Source of the DNA: an uncultured virus (IMG/VR IMGVR_UViG_3300034158_000001)
Taxonomy: Duplodnaviria; Heunggongvirae; Uroviricota; Caudoviricetes
Length of the DNA: 36,983 bases
Strand: one strand, 5' to 3'
Virus record (IMG/VR): IMGVR_UViG_3300034158_000001
Positions within the stretch are counted from its first letter, which is position 1. Every line of letters begins with the position of its first letter. Of the stretch, positions 8,250 through 17,332 are shown piece by piece. A model generated the notes under the pieces. It was not told where the DNA came from and made no database searches. It saw nothing but the letters and a program-made list of their open reading frames with translations. The position numbers and the translations under genes were made by a program.

Positions 8250-9976
8250 ATTACTCAGCACTGAGAAAACAACAGATTGAGGATGGAGTGTGCCCACCGT
8301 GGTACACTACCGGGGGTATCCAGTTGTTCTACGACAAGTACTCGTACAACAATGAAACAGTTAAGAGCCGCTTCCGTGCAGTTGCACGGGCGCTGGCACA
8401 GCACGCTCCTGAAAGTTACCCTGAGTGGTGGAACGCCAACCCATACTGGGCAGGGAAGACTTGGGAAGACGCATTCTACCAGACGATGTGGGACGGTTTT
8501 ATCAGCCCCTCCACTCCGCTCCTTGCTAATGGTGGCCTGCGTCATCGTGGCACGACTGTAAGCTGCGCTGGTGGTAACGTTGGCAATAGCCTGGCAGATC
8601 GTTATGACTTCTTAACAGAAGCTGCCATCCTGACGAAACACAGCCATGGTACAAGTTACTGTATTGATGACTGGCCTGCCGAAGGTGATAAGATTCGTGG
8701 TGGACGTTCCCAGGGTGTGATGCCTTTGATTCGTGACATCATCAACGTGATGGAGGAAGTGGCTCAAGGTCCACGACGCGGGAGTTGTGCATACAGCTTA
8801 AGACCACAACACGGTGACTTTGATAAGGTGGCTGATTACCTATATGAGCGTACCGAGAGTAACAATGTTGGTTGGCTGATCGATGATGAATTTATCGACC
8901 TTATGGAGGAAGAAGACCCAGAGGCTCTACGCAAGTTTGCTAAGATGCTTGGGATTAAGATGCCACGTGGTAAGGGCTACTTTTCGTTCATTGACAAGAT
9001 GAACCGCAGGCTGGCTAAAGCCTTTAAGCGAGCTGGAAGACGTGCTCGTGCATCAAACCTGTGCCAAGAGACAAACTTGATTGCAGATGATGACTACACA
9101 TTTAGTTGTGTTATCCTCAACTATAACCTTGAGCTGTACCGTAGCTGGCCTGAACACCTTGTGTTTGTTGGTCAAGTTATGAGTGATTGTAACGTAAGTG
9201 AATATATTGAGACGATGGAGACCACGCTGTCTAAGAAAGACTTGAGAGCAATGGAGAAAATCCTACGCTTTACCAAGGAATTCCGTGCACTGGGTTCTGG
9301 CGTTCTGGGGCTACACACCCTGTTCCAGGCTGAGATGTTGTCTGTCTCTAGCATGGAAGCCATGATGTTGAACACAAAGATTTTCCGTGGCATCGAGAAG
9401 GATGCAATCTCGGCGAACTCTTGGCTGGCAGTTACTATGGGAGAGCCTGTAGGCTGTGCAGGGCTTGGACAACGCAATGCTACAATGCTGATGATGCCTC
9501 CTACCAAATCAACCGCTGAGTTGATGGCAGGAGCTTCTGAGGGTATTGGCCTGGACGTTGCCATGTGCTTCACCAAACAATCCGCTGGTGGTGAATTCTT
9601 CCGCATCAACAAAGTGCTGTTAGAGCTGATCAAGAGAAAAGGGTTAGACATCAGTCAATGTGTCAAAGACATGAACTCCCAAAAAGGTTCTGTACAACAC
9701 GTAAGCTGGCTGAGTGACGAAGAGAAGGCTGTATTCAGAACAGCATTTGAGATTCCAATGGAAGATCACTTGCGTCTGTGTTCCCAACGTCAGAACTACA
9801 TCGACCAAGGTCAGAGTATTAACCTCTACTTTACGTCGAATGACACACCAGAGTATATTGGCAAGATTCACCGTATCGCTTTTGACGATCCAAATATCCT
9901 GTCTCTGTACTACATCTATTCCATGAGAAATAGTGGAGAGATTACAAGAGTTGTGGAGTGTGCCGTGTGCCAGTGA
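8246..9976 (+). CDS. nrdA: class I ribonucleotide reductase alpha subunit (no ATP cone)
   Basis: SPSTP, VSC, RRGS, SNLCQE, PTKST, IDQGQSINL, LYY and C-terminal CAVCQ. Confidence 0.93.
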   Translation: MNYSALRKQQIEDGVCPPWYTTGGIQLFYDKYSYNNETVKSRFRAVARALAQHAPESYPEWWNANPYWAGKTWEDAFYQTMWDGFISPSTPLLANGGLRHRGTTVSCAGGNVGNSLADRYDFLTEAAILTKHSHGTSYCIDDWPAEGDKIRGGRSQGVMPLIRDIINVMEEVAQGPRRGSCAYSLRPQHGDFDKVADYLYERTESNNVGWLIDDEFIDLMEEEDPEALRKFAKMLGIKMPRGKGYFSFIDKMNRRLAKAFKRAGRRARASNLCQETNLIADDDYTFSCVILNYNLELYRSWPEHLVFVGQVMSDCNVSEYIETMETTLSKKDLRAMEKILRFTKEFRALGSGVLGLHTLFQAEMLSVSSMEAMMLNTKIFRGIEKDAISANSWLAVTMGEPVGCAGLGQRNATMLMMPPTKSTAELMAGASEGIGLDVAMCFTKQSAGGEFFRINKVLLELIKRKGLDISQCVKDMNSQKGSVQHVSWLSDEEKAVFRTAFEIPMEDHLRLCSQRQNYIDQGQSINLYFTSNDTPEYIGKIHRIAFDDPNILSLYYIYSMRNSGEITRVVECAVCQ

Positions 9977-10503
9977 TGGAAATTTGGGTTGATGTGAAAG
10001 GCTATGAGTCTTTCTATCAAGTCAGCAATATGGGTAACGTGCGGTCGAAAGATCGCACAGTTGCTTGTAAGCGGCTTGGCACTAAGAATCTTCGTAGTCG
10101 TCCACTAAAGGCAACAGTGGACAGTGTAGGCTACTGCAAGGTGACTCTGCAAGACCAAGGTCGCAATGTCGTGTGGAAAGTACACCGTCTTGTGGCTGAA
10201 CACTTTATTGACAAAGTTGAAGGCAAGGGTATTATCAACCACATTGATAACAACAGGGCCAACAACAAAGTTGATAATATTGAGAAGTGTACTCCAAAGG
10301 AGAACACTTCTCATATGCACTCGCAAGGCAGAAATTACTCTGCTTCGGGTGAAGACAACCCAGCTTGCAAGCTTTCTGACTCTCAGATTAAAGAGATTAT
10401 GGATTTGAAAGGTAAGCTGAGTCAGTCTAAAATTGCTGGTATGTATGGCGTGTCCCGACAACATATCGGTAAAATTCACAACGGGGCAAGGAGAACAAAA
10501 TGA
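9976..10503 (+). CDS. NUMOD4-HNH homing endonuclease with C-terminal HTH
   Basis: EIWVDVKGYE.FYQVSNMGNVRS, VHRLVA..F, INHIDNNRANN, SQSKIA..YGVSR. Confidence 0.88.
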   Translation: MEIWVDVKGYESFYQVSNMGNVRSKDRTVACKRLGTKNLRSRPLKATVDSVGYCKVTLQDQGRNVVWKVHRLVAEHFIDKVEGKGIINHIDNNRANNKVDNIEKCTPKENTSHMHSQGRNYSASGEDNPACKLSDSQIKEIMDLKGKLSQSKIAGMYGVSRQHIGKIHNGARRTK

Positions 10504-10859
10504 CACCTGCAATCAATACAACCGTGCTTGCAACTGGTGGTAGCCTTGTGACAACCGTAGACAACACTGGGGCAACTCTTGTCCTGAGTGGCGATACCGT
10601 TGCACCTGACTTCACCATTCACCTCACACCGGCTCAGGATCGAGTTTACGCTACGTTCCTTGATACTGCTGAGGATGCACGTGACCTTGAGAATCTGGCT
10701 ACCCTTCAAGGGCAGTTTGAGACTGAAATGGGCGCTGAGCTTATCAGCTTCAACAGTCAAGCTCTGACGAAAGACCCTGTAACAAAGGTGTATACTCAAG
10801 CTGTAACTCGCCTAGCTTTCGATGCCTACAAAAAAGGTCTTGACGGCCCTCCAGCCTAA
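10500..10859 (+). CDS. hypothetical protein
   Basis: AGGAG RBS, ATGA overlap. Confidence 0.7.
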   Translation: MTPAINTTVLATGGSLVTTVDNTGATLVLSGDTVAPDFTIHLTPAQDRVYATFLDTAEDARDLENLATLQGQFETEMGAELISFNSQALTKDPVTKVYTQAVTRLAFDAYKKGLDGPPA

Positions 10860-10868
10860 GCGTAGAAT
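10840..10868 (+). promoter_or_regulatory. sigma70-type promoter
   Basis: TTGACG-N17-TAGAAT. Confidence 0.65.
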
Positions 10869-10903
10869 CGCCCCCATCGACAAACGTCCTTGGGGGCATT
10901 TTT

Positions 10904-11122
10904 ATGAGCTACAATCTGAGAACAGACAAAGGAACACTCTTTGGCCGCGTAGATAACTATCTAGCTGGTGAGCTGCTGAAAAGCTGCAAAGGTAGCTGGA
11001 CCGAGAGGAAATTTGTCACCGGCGCTGTTAAGAACATCTTCGTTTTTACGGAGGCTACTACATACGGGACGGACGCTCTGAAAGTATTCCTGTTTGAAGG
11101 CTTTTACATGGAGGAAATGTAA
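10904..11122 (+). CDS. hypothetical protein
   Basis: ORF in coupled gene chain. Confidence 0.6.
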   Translation: MSYNLRTDKGTLFGRVDNYLAGELLKSCKGSWTERKFVTGAVKNIFVFTEATTYGTDALKVFLFEGFYMEEM

Positions 11123-11316
11123 TGACACCACGCGAAGAAGCAATCGCTGACATGAAGTATGCAAAGAGTTTGGGCATGACTGCATTAAAGCAGCACTACA
11201 TGATCTGGCGTGGAGCTACAGTTCCGTATCCATCTGACGTTGCAGAATACGCTAGCGTTGTGATGGAAATCTATGGTAAACTTGACACTGAAGACTATCT
11301 GCTAAAGGGGGCATAA
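11122..11316 (+). CDS. hypothetical protein
   Basis: GGAGG RBS, TAATG coupling. Confidence 0.65.
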   Translation: MTPREEAIADMKYAKSLGMTALKQHYMIWRGATVPYPSDVAEYASVVMEIYGKLDTEDYLLKGA

Positions 11317-11654
11317 TGCGACACACCGAGAAACGCTTTCTAACAGAAGACGCCGGGGAAACTGGCTCGATGGTTTGCACTGTAGAAACAATGCGTGTAA
11401 AAGATATGGACGAGTGGACTTTAGGTCGTGATCCGCACATCAGTGGTGACATTCAAATTCGAGACTGCGGCGGTCGTCCAATTAATCTGGACTTTGACGC
11501 ATACGGTGAGAAACAGTTTAAGAAACGCCTTGACAAGCTGGATGGGATGATTGCACAATTGCAGCGAATGAGGACTCAGTACCACGAAATGTGGTGGAGT
11601 CACCTACGCGACATCGAATATAAAAAGGCTGAACTGGCGAAGGGAGGGAAGTGA
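11316..11654 (+). CDS. hypothetical protein
   Basis: TAATG coupling. Confidence 0.7.
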   Translation: MRHTEKRFLTEDAGETGSMVCTVETMRVKDMDEWTLGRDPHISGDIQIRDCGGRPINLDFDAYGEKQFKKRLDKLDGMIAQLQRMRTQYHEMWWSHLRDIEYKKAELAKGGK

Positions 11655-11869
11655 TGGCTGAGTACAATATTCGAGTTACAAAATGGTGCAAACCCAAGGA
11701 AATTTTGTTTGAGTACAGCTCTCCAATCCCACCTTCTAAGGGTGACGTTATTTGGTATCGAGATAAAGCTTTCAGCGTTGGTTTGGTTAGCTATATCCTC
11801 ACGTCCTCCCAACAACAGGTTGGAGAGTACAACTATCTTGACTACATTGAAGTGCAGGTGATTCGATGA
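11654..11869 (+). CDS. hypothetical protein
   Basis: GGAGG RBS, TGATG coupling. Confidence 0.65.
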   Translation: MAEYNIRVTKWCKPKEILFEYSSPIPPSKGDVIWYRDKAFSVGLVSYILTSSQQQVGEYNYLDYIEVQVIR

Positions 11870-12486
11870 ACAAGCTCGTTATTATTGGCGGTGGCACATT
11901 CAACCACATCTCTTGCCACCTTGCCCTGGCGGCTCCAGCGTTCGGTCAGACAGCCATTAATATGGCACGCTGGGCTGTCCATATGGACACTGGTATGGAA
12001 GTTGTCCTAAAGCTCACAAAGATGGCCGACCGTTGCAGTGAAATCATTACAAATGACGACCTACACAACTATGTCAGCACTTTGTTGGATGACCCGCTGG
12101 TGAAGATCATTGTAATGAACGCCGCTGTCTGTGATTTTAAGGCTGAGAACCCCTCTAATGAGACTCGGCTGTCTAGCAGTAGGGACTACACAGTCACGCT
12201 AGAAGGAATCCGCACAAAGATCATGGGCATGATTCAATATCGCCGACCTGATATTGTTGTTTGTGGCTTTAAGACAACACATGGTGCCTCAGAGGCTGAA
12301 CAAATACGAAAAGCTGTTGACAGCATGAACGCAAATAGCTTACCATTGGTTCTGGCAAACGACCTCGAAACACGAAGGAATATTTTGGTGTGTGACTCAG
12401 GCCGTAACTTCTTCGATAATCGTGAATCCTTGCTTCGAAGGATGCTTGGGCACGCTCTGTATAAAGCGAGACAGAAATGTGGTTGA
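11866..12486 (+). CDS. phosphopantothenate-cysteine ligase (CoaB/DFP C-terminal)-like protein
   Basis: VIIGGGT, G.TA, NAAVCDF, VCGFK and VLANDL motifs match the CoaB pattern (TAGPT...AAAVSDY...VGFAAE...VANDV). Confidence 0.72.
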   Translation: MNKLVIIGGGTFNHISCHLALAAPAFGQTAINMARWAVHMDTGMEVVLKLTKMADRCSEIITNDDLHNYVSTLLDDPLVKIIVMNAAVCDFKAENPSNETRLSSSRDYTVTLEGIRTKIMGMIQYRRPDIVVCGFKTTHGASEAEQIRKAVDSMNANSLPLVLANDLETRRNILVCDSGRNFFDNRESLLRRMLGHALYKARQKCG

Positions 12487-12692
12487 TTAAAACCCAGTTT
12501 GGGTATAAACTACAGAGCTGGGATGGCACCCTGTTAAAGTACTTTGCTATGGCGTGTGACTCTAAGGCTTGGATAATGGCTGAAGGTTTGGCTCCTATCT
12601 ATTTGACAAAGAAAACCCCAAAGGCAACTAAAGATTTATACACAGAAGCCACAGGACAAACCCTGTGGTTCGATCAGGAGGAACAATGGTAG
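12477..12692 (+). CDS. hypothetical protein
   Basis: ORF in coupled gene chain. Confidence 0.55.
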   Translation: MWLIKTQFGYKLQSWDGTLLKYFAMACDSKAWIMAEGLAPIYLTKKTPKATKDLYTEATGQTLWFDQEEQW

Positions 12693-12931
12693 CTGACGCA
12701 GTAACAATCTACGGTAAATCTCAATGCAGCTCTTGCGAGCAGTCAAAATCTGTGCTAAGGTCTCGCAACATTGACTTTGAGTACAAGCAGCTTGATCGTG
12801 ATTTCACGATGGCTGAGTTGATGGACCTTCTTGATCACCTGGGCATGATGGGTTTCCGAACCTTCCCGCTTATTGTTCAGAAAGGCAAAGGTTACACTTT
12901 CGCAAACATCAAAGACGTTGAAGGAGAATAA
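12686..12931 (+). CDS. glutaredoxin / NrdH-like redoxin
   Basis: IYGKSQCSSC, FEYKQL, RTFPLI. Confidence 0.85.
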   Translation: MVADAVTIYGKSQCSSCEQSKSVLRSRNIDFEYKQLDRDFTMAELMDLLDHLGMMGFRTFPLIVQKGKGYTFANIKDVEGE

Positions 12932-12933
12932 CT

Positions 12934-13119
12934 ATGTCGCAATATGCTACTGATCGAATCGCTTCTATTCTGGATCGAATCCAAGAGCTTCACGCCGAGG
13001 CACGAGCTTTGTCGGACGAATACAATATCCCGTTTGACTTGGAGCTTGAAGGTGGACGTAACTACAATGTTACTGCCGAGTACGAACCTGGCTATAACTG
13101 GCTGTCGTCTAACTGCTAA
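12934..13119 (+). CDS. small protein ending WLSSNC (paralog 1)
   Basis: GGAG RBS; shares the EA..LSDEY.I.FD core with 14473..14709. Confidence 0.75.
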   Translation: MSQYATDRIASILDRIQELHAEARALSDEYNIPFDLELEGGRNYNVTAEYEPGYNWLSSNC

Positions 13120-13133
13120 TAAAGGAGAACACA

Positions 13134-13547
13134 TTGAGCATCAACAACCTAGAAGTATTTGAAGTGGCACGTATCCACTCTGCACTTGATCATTTGCAGG
13201 ACACCATCTATCGTGGTAACGTTGCCGCTGGCTGGTGGGAGAACATCTCTACAGGCGTTGCTCACCCTAAAGGTGACATCACCCTGATCTTGTCCAAACT
13301 GGCCCTGGTACACTCTGAGGTGTCTGAGGCTGTTGAAGGCGTCCGTAAAGGCTTGATGGACGCCCACTTGAAAGAGCGTCCAATGGCTGAGGTAGAACTG
13401 GCTGACGCCATCATCCGCGCTATGGACCTTGCTGGTCATGAGGGTTGGGACTTGGCTGGGGCCATCGTTGAGAAGCTTTATTATAACTCGACCAGAAGTG
13501 ACCATACCATCGAAGCGAGGCTAGCCGATGGCGGAAAACGAGCCTAA
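13134..13547 (+). CDS. MazG-like nucleotide pyrophosphohydrolase
   Basis: LALVHSEVSEAVEG.RK and EVELADAIIR..DL motifs; TTG start with AAGGAG. Confidence 0.82.
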   Translation: MSINNLEVFEVARIHSALDHLQDTIYRGNVAAGWWENISTGVAHPKGDITLILSKLALVHSEVSEAVEGVRKGLMDAHLKERPMAEVELADAIIRAMDLAGHEGWDLAGAIVEKLYYNSTRSDHTIEARLADGGKRA

Positions 13548-14069
13548 GTATAGTCGATCTGAAAGGCGTAGACGCTCTGGAAGTGAGACAACTTGCTCGG
13601 ATTGCAGCTCTGAACTGACCAGTGAAAACTGGTCAGAATCTATGCAGAAGTACAGTACAGAAGGTTCGTTTGTATACCTTCTTGGAATATTAGACAGAGG
13701 CGATATCAAAAGAACAATCCAAAACATAATGAAGAGCAGAACGCCCGTAGGGTTAAAAGGGAGTCTCTGTGGTCCGAAGAGAGAAAGCAGAAAGAGGCTA
13801 ACCGTCGGAAGAACAGTTACCTACAAAAGACTTACAACATTACATTAACAGACTACGAAACTATGTTGACAAGTCAGGGCGACTCTTGTAAGATTTGCTC
13901 AACTTCTGAACCCGGTGGTAAAGGTTCAGTGTTTCATGTTGATCATTGCCATTAAAGTGGGCTGGTACGTGGGCTTCTGTGTATGGCATGTAATATCATG
14001 CTTGGCAAGGCTAAAGACAATGTGACTACCCTACAAAATGCAATTAACTATCTGGAGGAAACAAAATGA
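13528..14069 (+). pseudogene. endonuclease VII-family homing endonuclease, disrupted
   Basis: 5-bp tandem duplication TACAGTACAG (13651-13660) shifts the frame; the shifted frame reads YNITLTDY..ML..Q..SCKIC...[26 protein letters not shown] with an in-frame TAA at 13953-13955. Confidence 0.85.
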
Positions 14070-14473
14070 CTCGCACTGTTACTAATCAAGCACAATTTGA
14101 ACTGGCCGCTGGTGTTACTCTGGTGTCCCAATTGATCGAGGGCACCTATCACAATGGCTCGCCTTATAGCTACAACAGCCACGATCTTGAAGGTCTATCT
14201 GACAACGAGCTGGACAACCTTGCAAAATTGGCTGTTGTCCTGCAAAATCTACCTGAAGACGGTGCTCTCGACTTTGACGGTGGAGACCTAGAAGAGTTTA
14301 TCAGAGAGTGGGCGGCTGATACCGCTGAATCGGCTGAGCTGCCCTTCACCTTCACTGACAGTGCTGGCACTGCTCAAACATACACCCCAGCAAGCCTGTG
14401 GGAGGCGTCTGGTAGCTGCTCTGAGTGGGAACAGTCTGCACAGTATGGCTATGATTATGGGTGGAACGTATAA
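14066..14473 (+). CDS. acidic protein with WEASGSC/WEQS motifs (paralog 2)
   Basis: GGAGG RBS; C-terminal [15 protein letters not shown] resembles its two neighbours. Confidence 0.75.
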   Translation: MTRTVTNQAQFELAAGVTLVSQLIEGTYHNGSPYSYNSHDLEGLSDNELDNLAKLAVVLQNLPEDGALDFDGGDLEEFIREWAADTAESAELPFTFTDSAGTAQTYTPASLWEASGSCSEWEQSAQYGYDYGWNV

Positions 14474-14709
14474 TGTACACTGAAGACGCTGTAAAGCGTG
14501 AAAAGCTTAACGAAATCTGCAAACTGCTTGCCCAAGCTGAGACGCTTGTGGGCGAAGCTGAGTTGATCGCGGATGAATACGGCCTTGAGTTCGATGTGAA
14601 TTTTGGTGGATACGGCATGGGCGGCACCTACTACTCTGAGAAGTATGTAGAGGAGCAGGGTAGCCGTTACATGGACGCTGGCTGGAACACCTCTTCGCAA
14701 AGCTGTTAA
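14473..14709 (+). CDS. small protein ending WNTSSQSC (paralog 3)
   Basis: TAATG coupling; EAELIADEYGLEFD core. Confidence 0.78.
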   Translation: MYTEDAVKREKLNEICKLLAQAETLVGEAELIADEYGLEFDVNFGGYGMGGTYYSEKYVEEQGSRYMDAGWNTSSQSC

Positions 14710-14716
14710 AATAATT

Positions 14717-14756
14717 GGCCGTTGCCCTTGACAGGGTAGCGGCCTTTTTGTATTAT
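14717..14756 (+). promoter_or_regulatory. overlapping terminator and sigma70 promoter
   Basis: GGCCGTTGCCCT-TGAC-AGGGTAGCGGCC-TTTTT hairpin; TTGACA(14728)-N17-TATTAT(14751). Confidence 0.75.
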
Positions 14757-14786
14757 GGCCGGACACAAACAAACGAGGATTTACAG

Positions 14787-15398
14787 ATGACAATCTTAAA
14801 GATCGGCGACCGTGTAGAGTTTATCTCTAAGACAGGAGAGGGACACAGGGATGCGGTAGAGGGAGAGCACGGTACTGTAATTAATGTAGTAGATGATATG
14901 ATTACTGTAAAAACGGATAGGGACAGGATCATTTGTGTGTTCGACTTCCGTCTACGCAAACTCCCTTTTGCAGTAAGCCACAGTATCTTTGGCATGCCAG
15001 CACGTTTGATCCAAATAGATATCCCAGGTGAGTTCAAAGTTGGTGATCGTGTCATGCTTGCTACTGAAGAGCCTGAGTATGGCCGTGGTGTGGTTGATAT
15101 GTTTGAGGTGGGCACTATTACTGACGTGGGTACGGGTGAGCGCGGCAGTGCTGATGTTGGGGATATCATCGTAGAGTTCCCAAGTGACGAAGATTGGGTA
15201 GGTGTGCCAGGAGACCTCAAACATGCTCCACAAAAAGTGCGTGAAGAGTTTCCTTTGCCAGAGGTGGCCTTACCAGATATTACCCTTGACGAAGCTGTAA
15301 AAGGCTGTCAGGATATCCGTCAACAGATGGCTGAGCTTGCTGGCAAAGCCAGAGTGTTTGAAGAAGTCATGCGTAAAGCTGGCGTAAAATTTATCTAA
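14787..15398 (+). CDS. tandem SH3/KOW-like barrel protein with C-terminal coiled coil
   Basis: Two K(I/V)GDRV repeats; tail ITLDEAV..C.D.R...AGVKFI; GAGG RBS. Confidence 0.7.
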   Translation: MTILKIGDRVEFISKTGEGHRDAVEGEHGTVINVVDDMITVKTDRDRIICVFDFRLRKLPFAVSHSIFGMPARLIQIDIPGEFKVGDRVMLATEEPEYGRGVVDMFEVGTITDVGTGERGSADVGDIIVEFPSDEDWVGVPGDLKHAPQKVREEFPLPEVALPDITLDEAVKGCQDIRQQMAELAGKARVFEEVMRKAGVKFI

Positions 15399-15411
15399 GG
15401 GGATTTATAAA

Positions 15412-15940
15412 ATGACTATCTATAAAGTTGGTGATACTGTTATCCGTGATAGCGGTGAGTGGCGTGGCGTTAAGCCGGGTGATCTTCATGAGGTGGCTAG
15501 TGTGCATGGTGGTAATATCTGCTTAGTGGGTTTGGAGCAGTTCACATTTGATGGTGATAACTTCTCCCTGTATCATCGTGCAAAGTCTTCGACCACTGGA
15601 GAAGTGGAAGTTGGCGTTGAAGTTCGCATGACCAGCCGTACCCCAAGGTATGGTGCAGGTTGTATTGATGTTGGCGATGAAGGCGTTGTAATCTCCCTTG
15701 ATCGGCGCCGGCGGATACCATGTGAAATTTCCACGGCACAGCCACTGGCACTCGGGCAAGGATGACTGTGAGCTTGTAAACAAGATCATTGTTCCTGAAG
15801 TTTCCCTTGACGAGGCCGTTAGTCTGTGCAAAGATGCACGCACTGAGATTAAAGACCTTGAAGATAAGGTCAAGGCTTTTAAAGATTCAATCAAAGCTTA
15901 CGAGCGAGTAGTTCGTAATGCTGGTCTCACATTCATTTAA
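15412..15940 (+). pseudogene. paralog of 14787..15398 split by a frameshift near 15703
   Basis: The first frame matches the paralog up to GDEGVVISLD; the +1 frame continues GAGGYHVKFP..W and ends VSLDEAV..CKD...AGLTFI like the paralog. Confidence 0.7.
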
Positions 15941-15951
15941 GGAGATTCACT

Positions 15952-16335
15952 ATGTTAGACGTTAAAAATGATAAGTGGTTTGTACGTGTAGCCAACAAAC
16001 AAGAGGCTGACGCCGCACAAGAGTGGGCCTTCAAAGAGGGTTTGAGTTGGAATGGTAGAACAACGCTGCGACGCGACTACAGCGAGTGGGACATGGTTGG
16101 CGGCACTGCTATAGGCAGTGGTCACTGCGAGGGAGGTTTATTAGGTCAAGCTGGTGTTATGTACTGGTCCCGTAGCGGCCATAAAGAGATTAAAGTGACG
16201 TTCCAAACCGCCCTCTCAGTTGACACCGTTGTACTGCCAGAAGTAGAATCACCACAACAGAAGCAGATCAAAGCTTTGGAAGCCACTATCGCCCAGGCTG
16301 CCGCTCAAATCCAGAAGCTAAAAGAGGAAGTGTAA
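15952..16335 (+). CDS. hypothetical protein with C-terminal coiled coil
   Basis: AAGGAG RBS; QQKQIKALEATIAQAAAQIQKLKE. Confidence 0.75.
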   Translation: MLDVKNDKWFVRVANKQEADAAQEWAFKEGLSWNGRTTLRRDYSEWDMVGGTAIGSGHCEGGLLGQAGVMYWSRSGHKEIKVTFQTALSVDTVVLPEVESPQQKQIKALEATIAQAAAQIQKLKEEV

Positions 16336-16336
16336 A

Positions 16337-17332
16337 ATGTTGCTTATCGGCTCACGTGCTTTGGTAGCAAACAATCCTGAACTGGCTGACACACGTAAGT
16401 GTGTCGACTGGGACTATATCTGCACCTTGGATCAGTTTAAAGCTTGGCATAAGGCTAACAAAGACAATCTGCAATTCGCTGTTCCTACTCAGGGTGGTAA
16501 GTATTACCATGCACGTGACAAAGACGGCATGAACTACGAGTTTGAGTTGGCTTGGCCGGGTACGTCTGCTGAGGATTTACTCAAGCACTACGGCCTGCTT
16601 GACCATGTGTACAAGCCTGAGATTGGACCTGTGCCAGCAATCAATCCCGACCTGTTGATCATCAAGCTGAGCCACCGCTACAAACGTAACTCGCCACACT
16701 TCCTCAAAACTATGAGTGATATCAAGTATCTTCGTGAAAAGGTTGGTGCTGAATTCTTTGATAAGTTCATGCAGAATGGCATCAATGGCCCTATCATGGC
16801 AAAGCGTGAAGCTGAGTCCTACGACTACGCACACCCAAAGCTGAACGTCAGCTCGAAAGAGTTCTTCAATGGTGACGGTGTCAATTACGTGTACAACCAT
16901 GACAGCATCCATGAAGCTGTGGCTTGTGGTACACAACCAGCCTATAAGTGGTACATGAAAGACGGCTCTGAGGTTATGACCTCTAAAGAGAAGTTCTTTA
17001 CCTGTAACGAAGAAGTTCGCCTGTACGGCGTCTATGAAGAATCCTGTGTGCTCGCTCTAGAGCGTTCCCAGATTCCCCACAACATGATGCCAACTATGGA
17101 TGGCTCTGTGTGGTTCGATCAGTGCCGGAGTGGGCCATCACCACGATGGAGCTTTGAGATGGCTCTCATGAAGGTGTGTACATCTATCACCAGCGGGTAT
17201 TTCAGACAATATGCTTGGGAATCCTACGACAAGGTTATGGCTTTGTACAACGAGCTTGGAGAGGACGACTACATTCAACGGTTCCAGAAGAACCAACATT
17301 TACTGACACCATACAATGGAGAGAAATACTGA
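16337..17332 (+). CDS. Pol-beta-superfamily nucleotidyltransferase-like protein
   Basis: N-terminal IGSRAL...DWD (hGS...DxD); also LSHRY, HDSIHE, EESCVLALER, TSITSGYF. Confidence 0.65.
   Translation: MLLIGSRALVANNPELADTRKCVDWDYICTLDQFKAWHKANKDNLQFAVPTQGGKYYHARDKDGMNYEFELAWPGTSAEDLLKHYGLLDHVYKPEIGPVPAINPDLLIIKLSHRYKRNSPHFLKTMSDIKYLREKVGAEFFDKFMQNGINGPIMAKREAESYDYAHPKLNVSSKEFFNGDGVNYVYNHDSIHEAVACGTQPAYKWYMKDGSEVMTSKEKFFTCNEEVRLYGVYEESCVLALERSQIPHNMMPTMDGSVWFDQCRSGPSPRWSFEMALMKVCTSITSGYFRQYAWESYDKVMALYNELGEDDYIQRFQKNQHLLTPYNGEKY

Noticed and set aside
1076..9871. Long - strand ORFs opposite the exonuclease, HNH, thyX and nrd genes
   Set aside because: Antisense shadows of conserved + strand genes
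7191..9976. Intron or intein in nrdA or nrdB
   Set aside because: Both frames are continuous and of normal or short length; adjacent nucleases lie outside them
4776..13547. 2-aminoadenine (dZ) genome pathway
   Set aside because: No purZ-like gene in the window; cannot be excluded for the rest of the genome
13953..13955. Stop-codon reassignment suggested by the in-frame TAA
   Set aside because: TAA, TGA and TAG all end normal genes in this window, and the same gene has an independent frameshift
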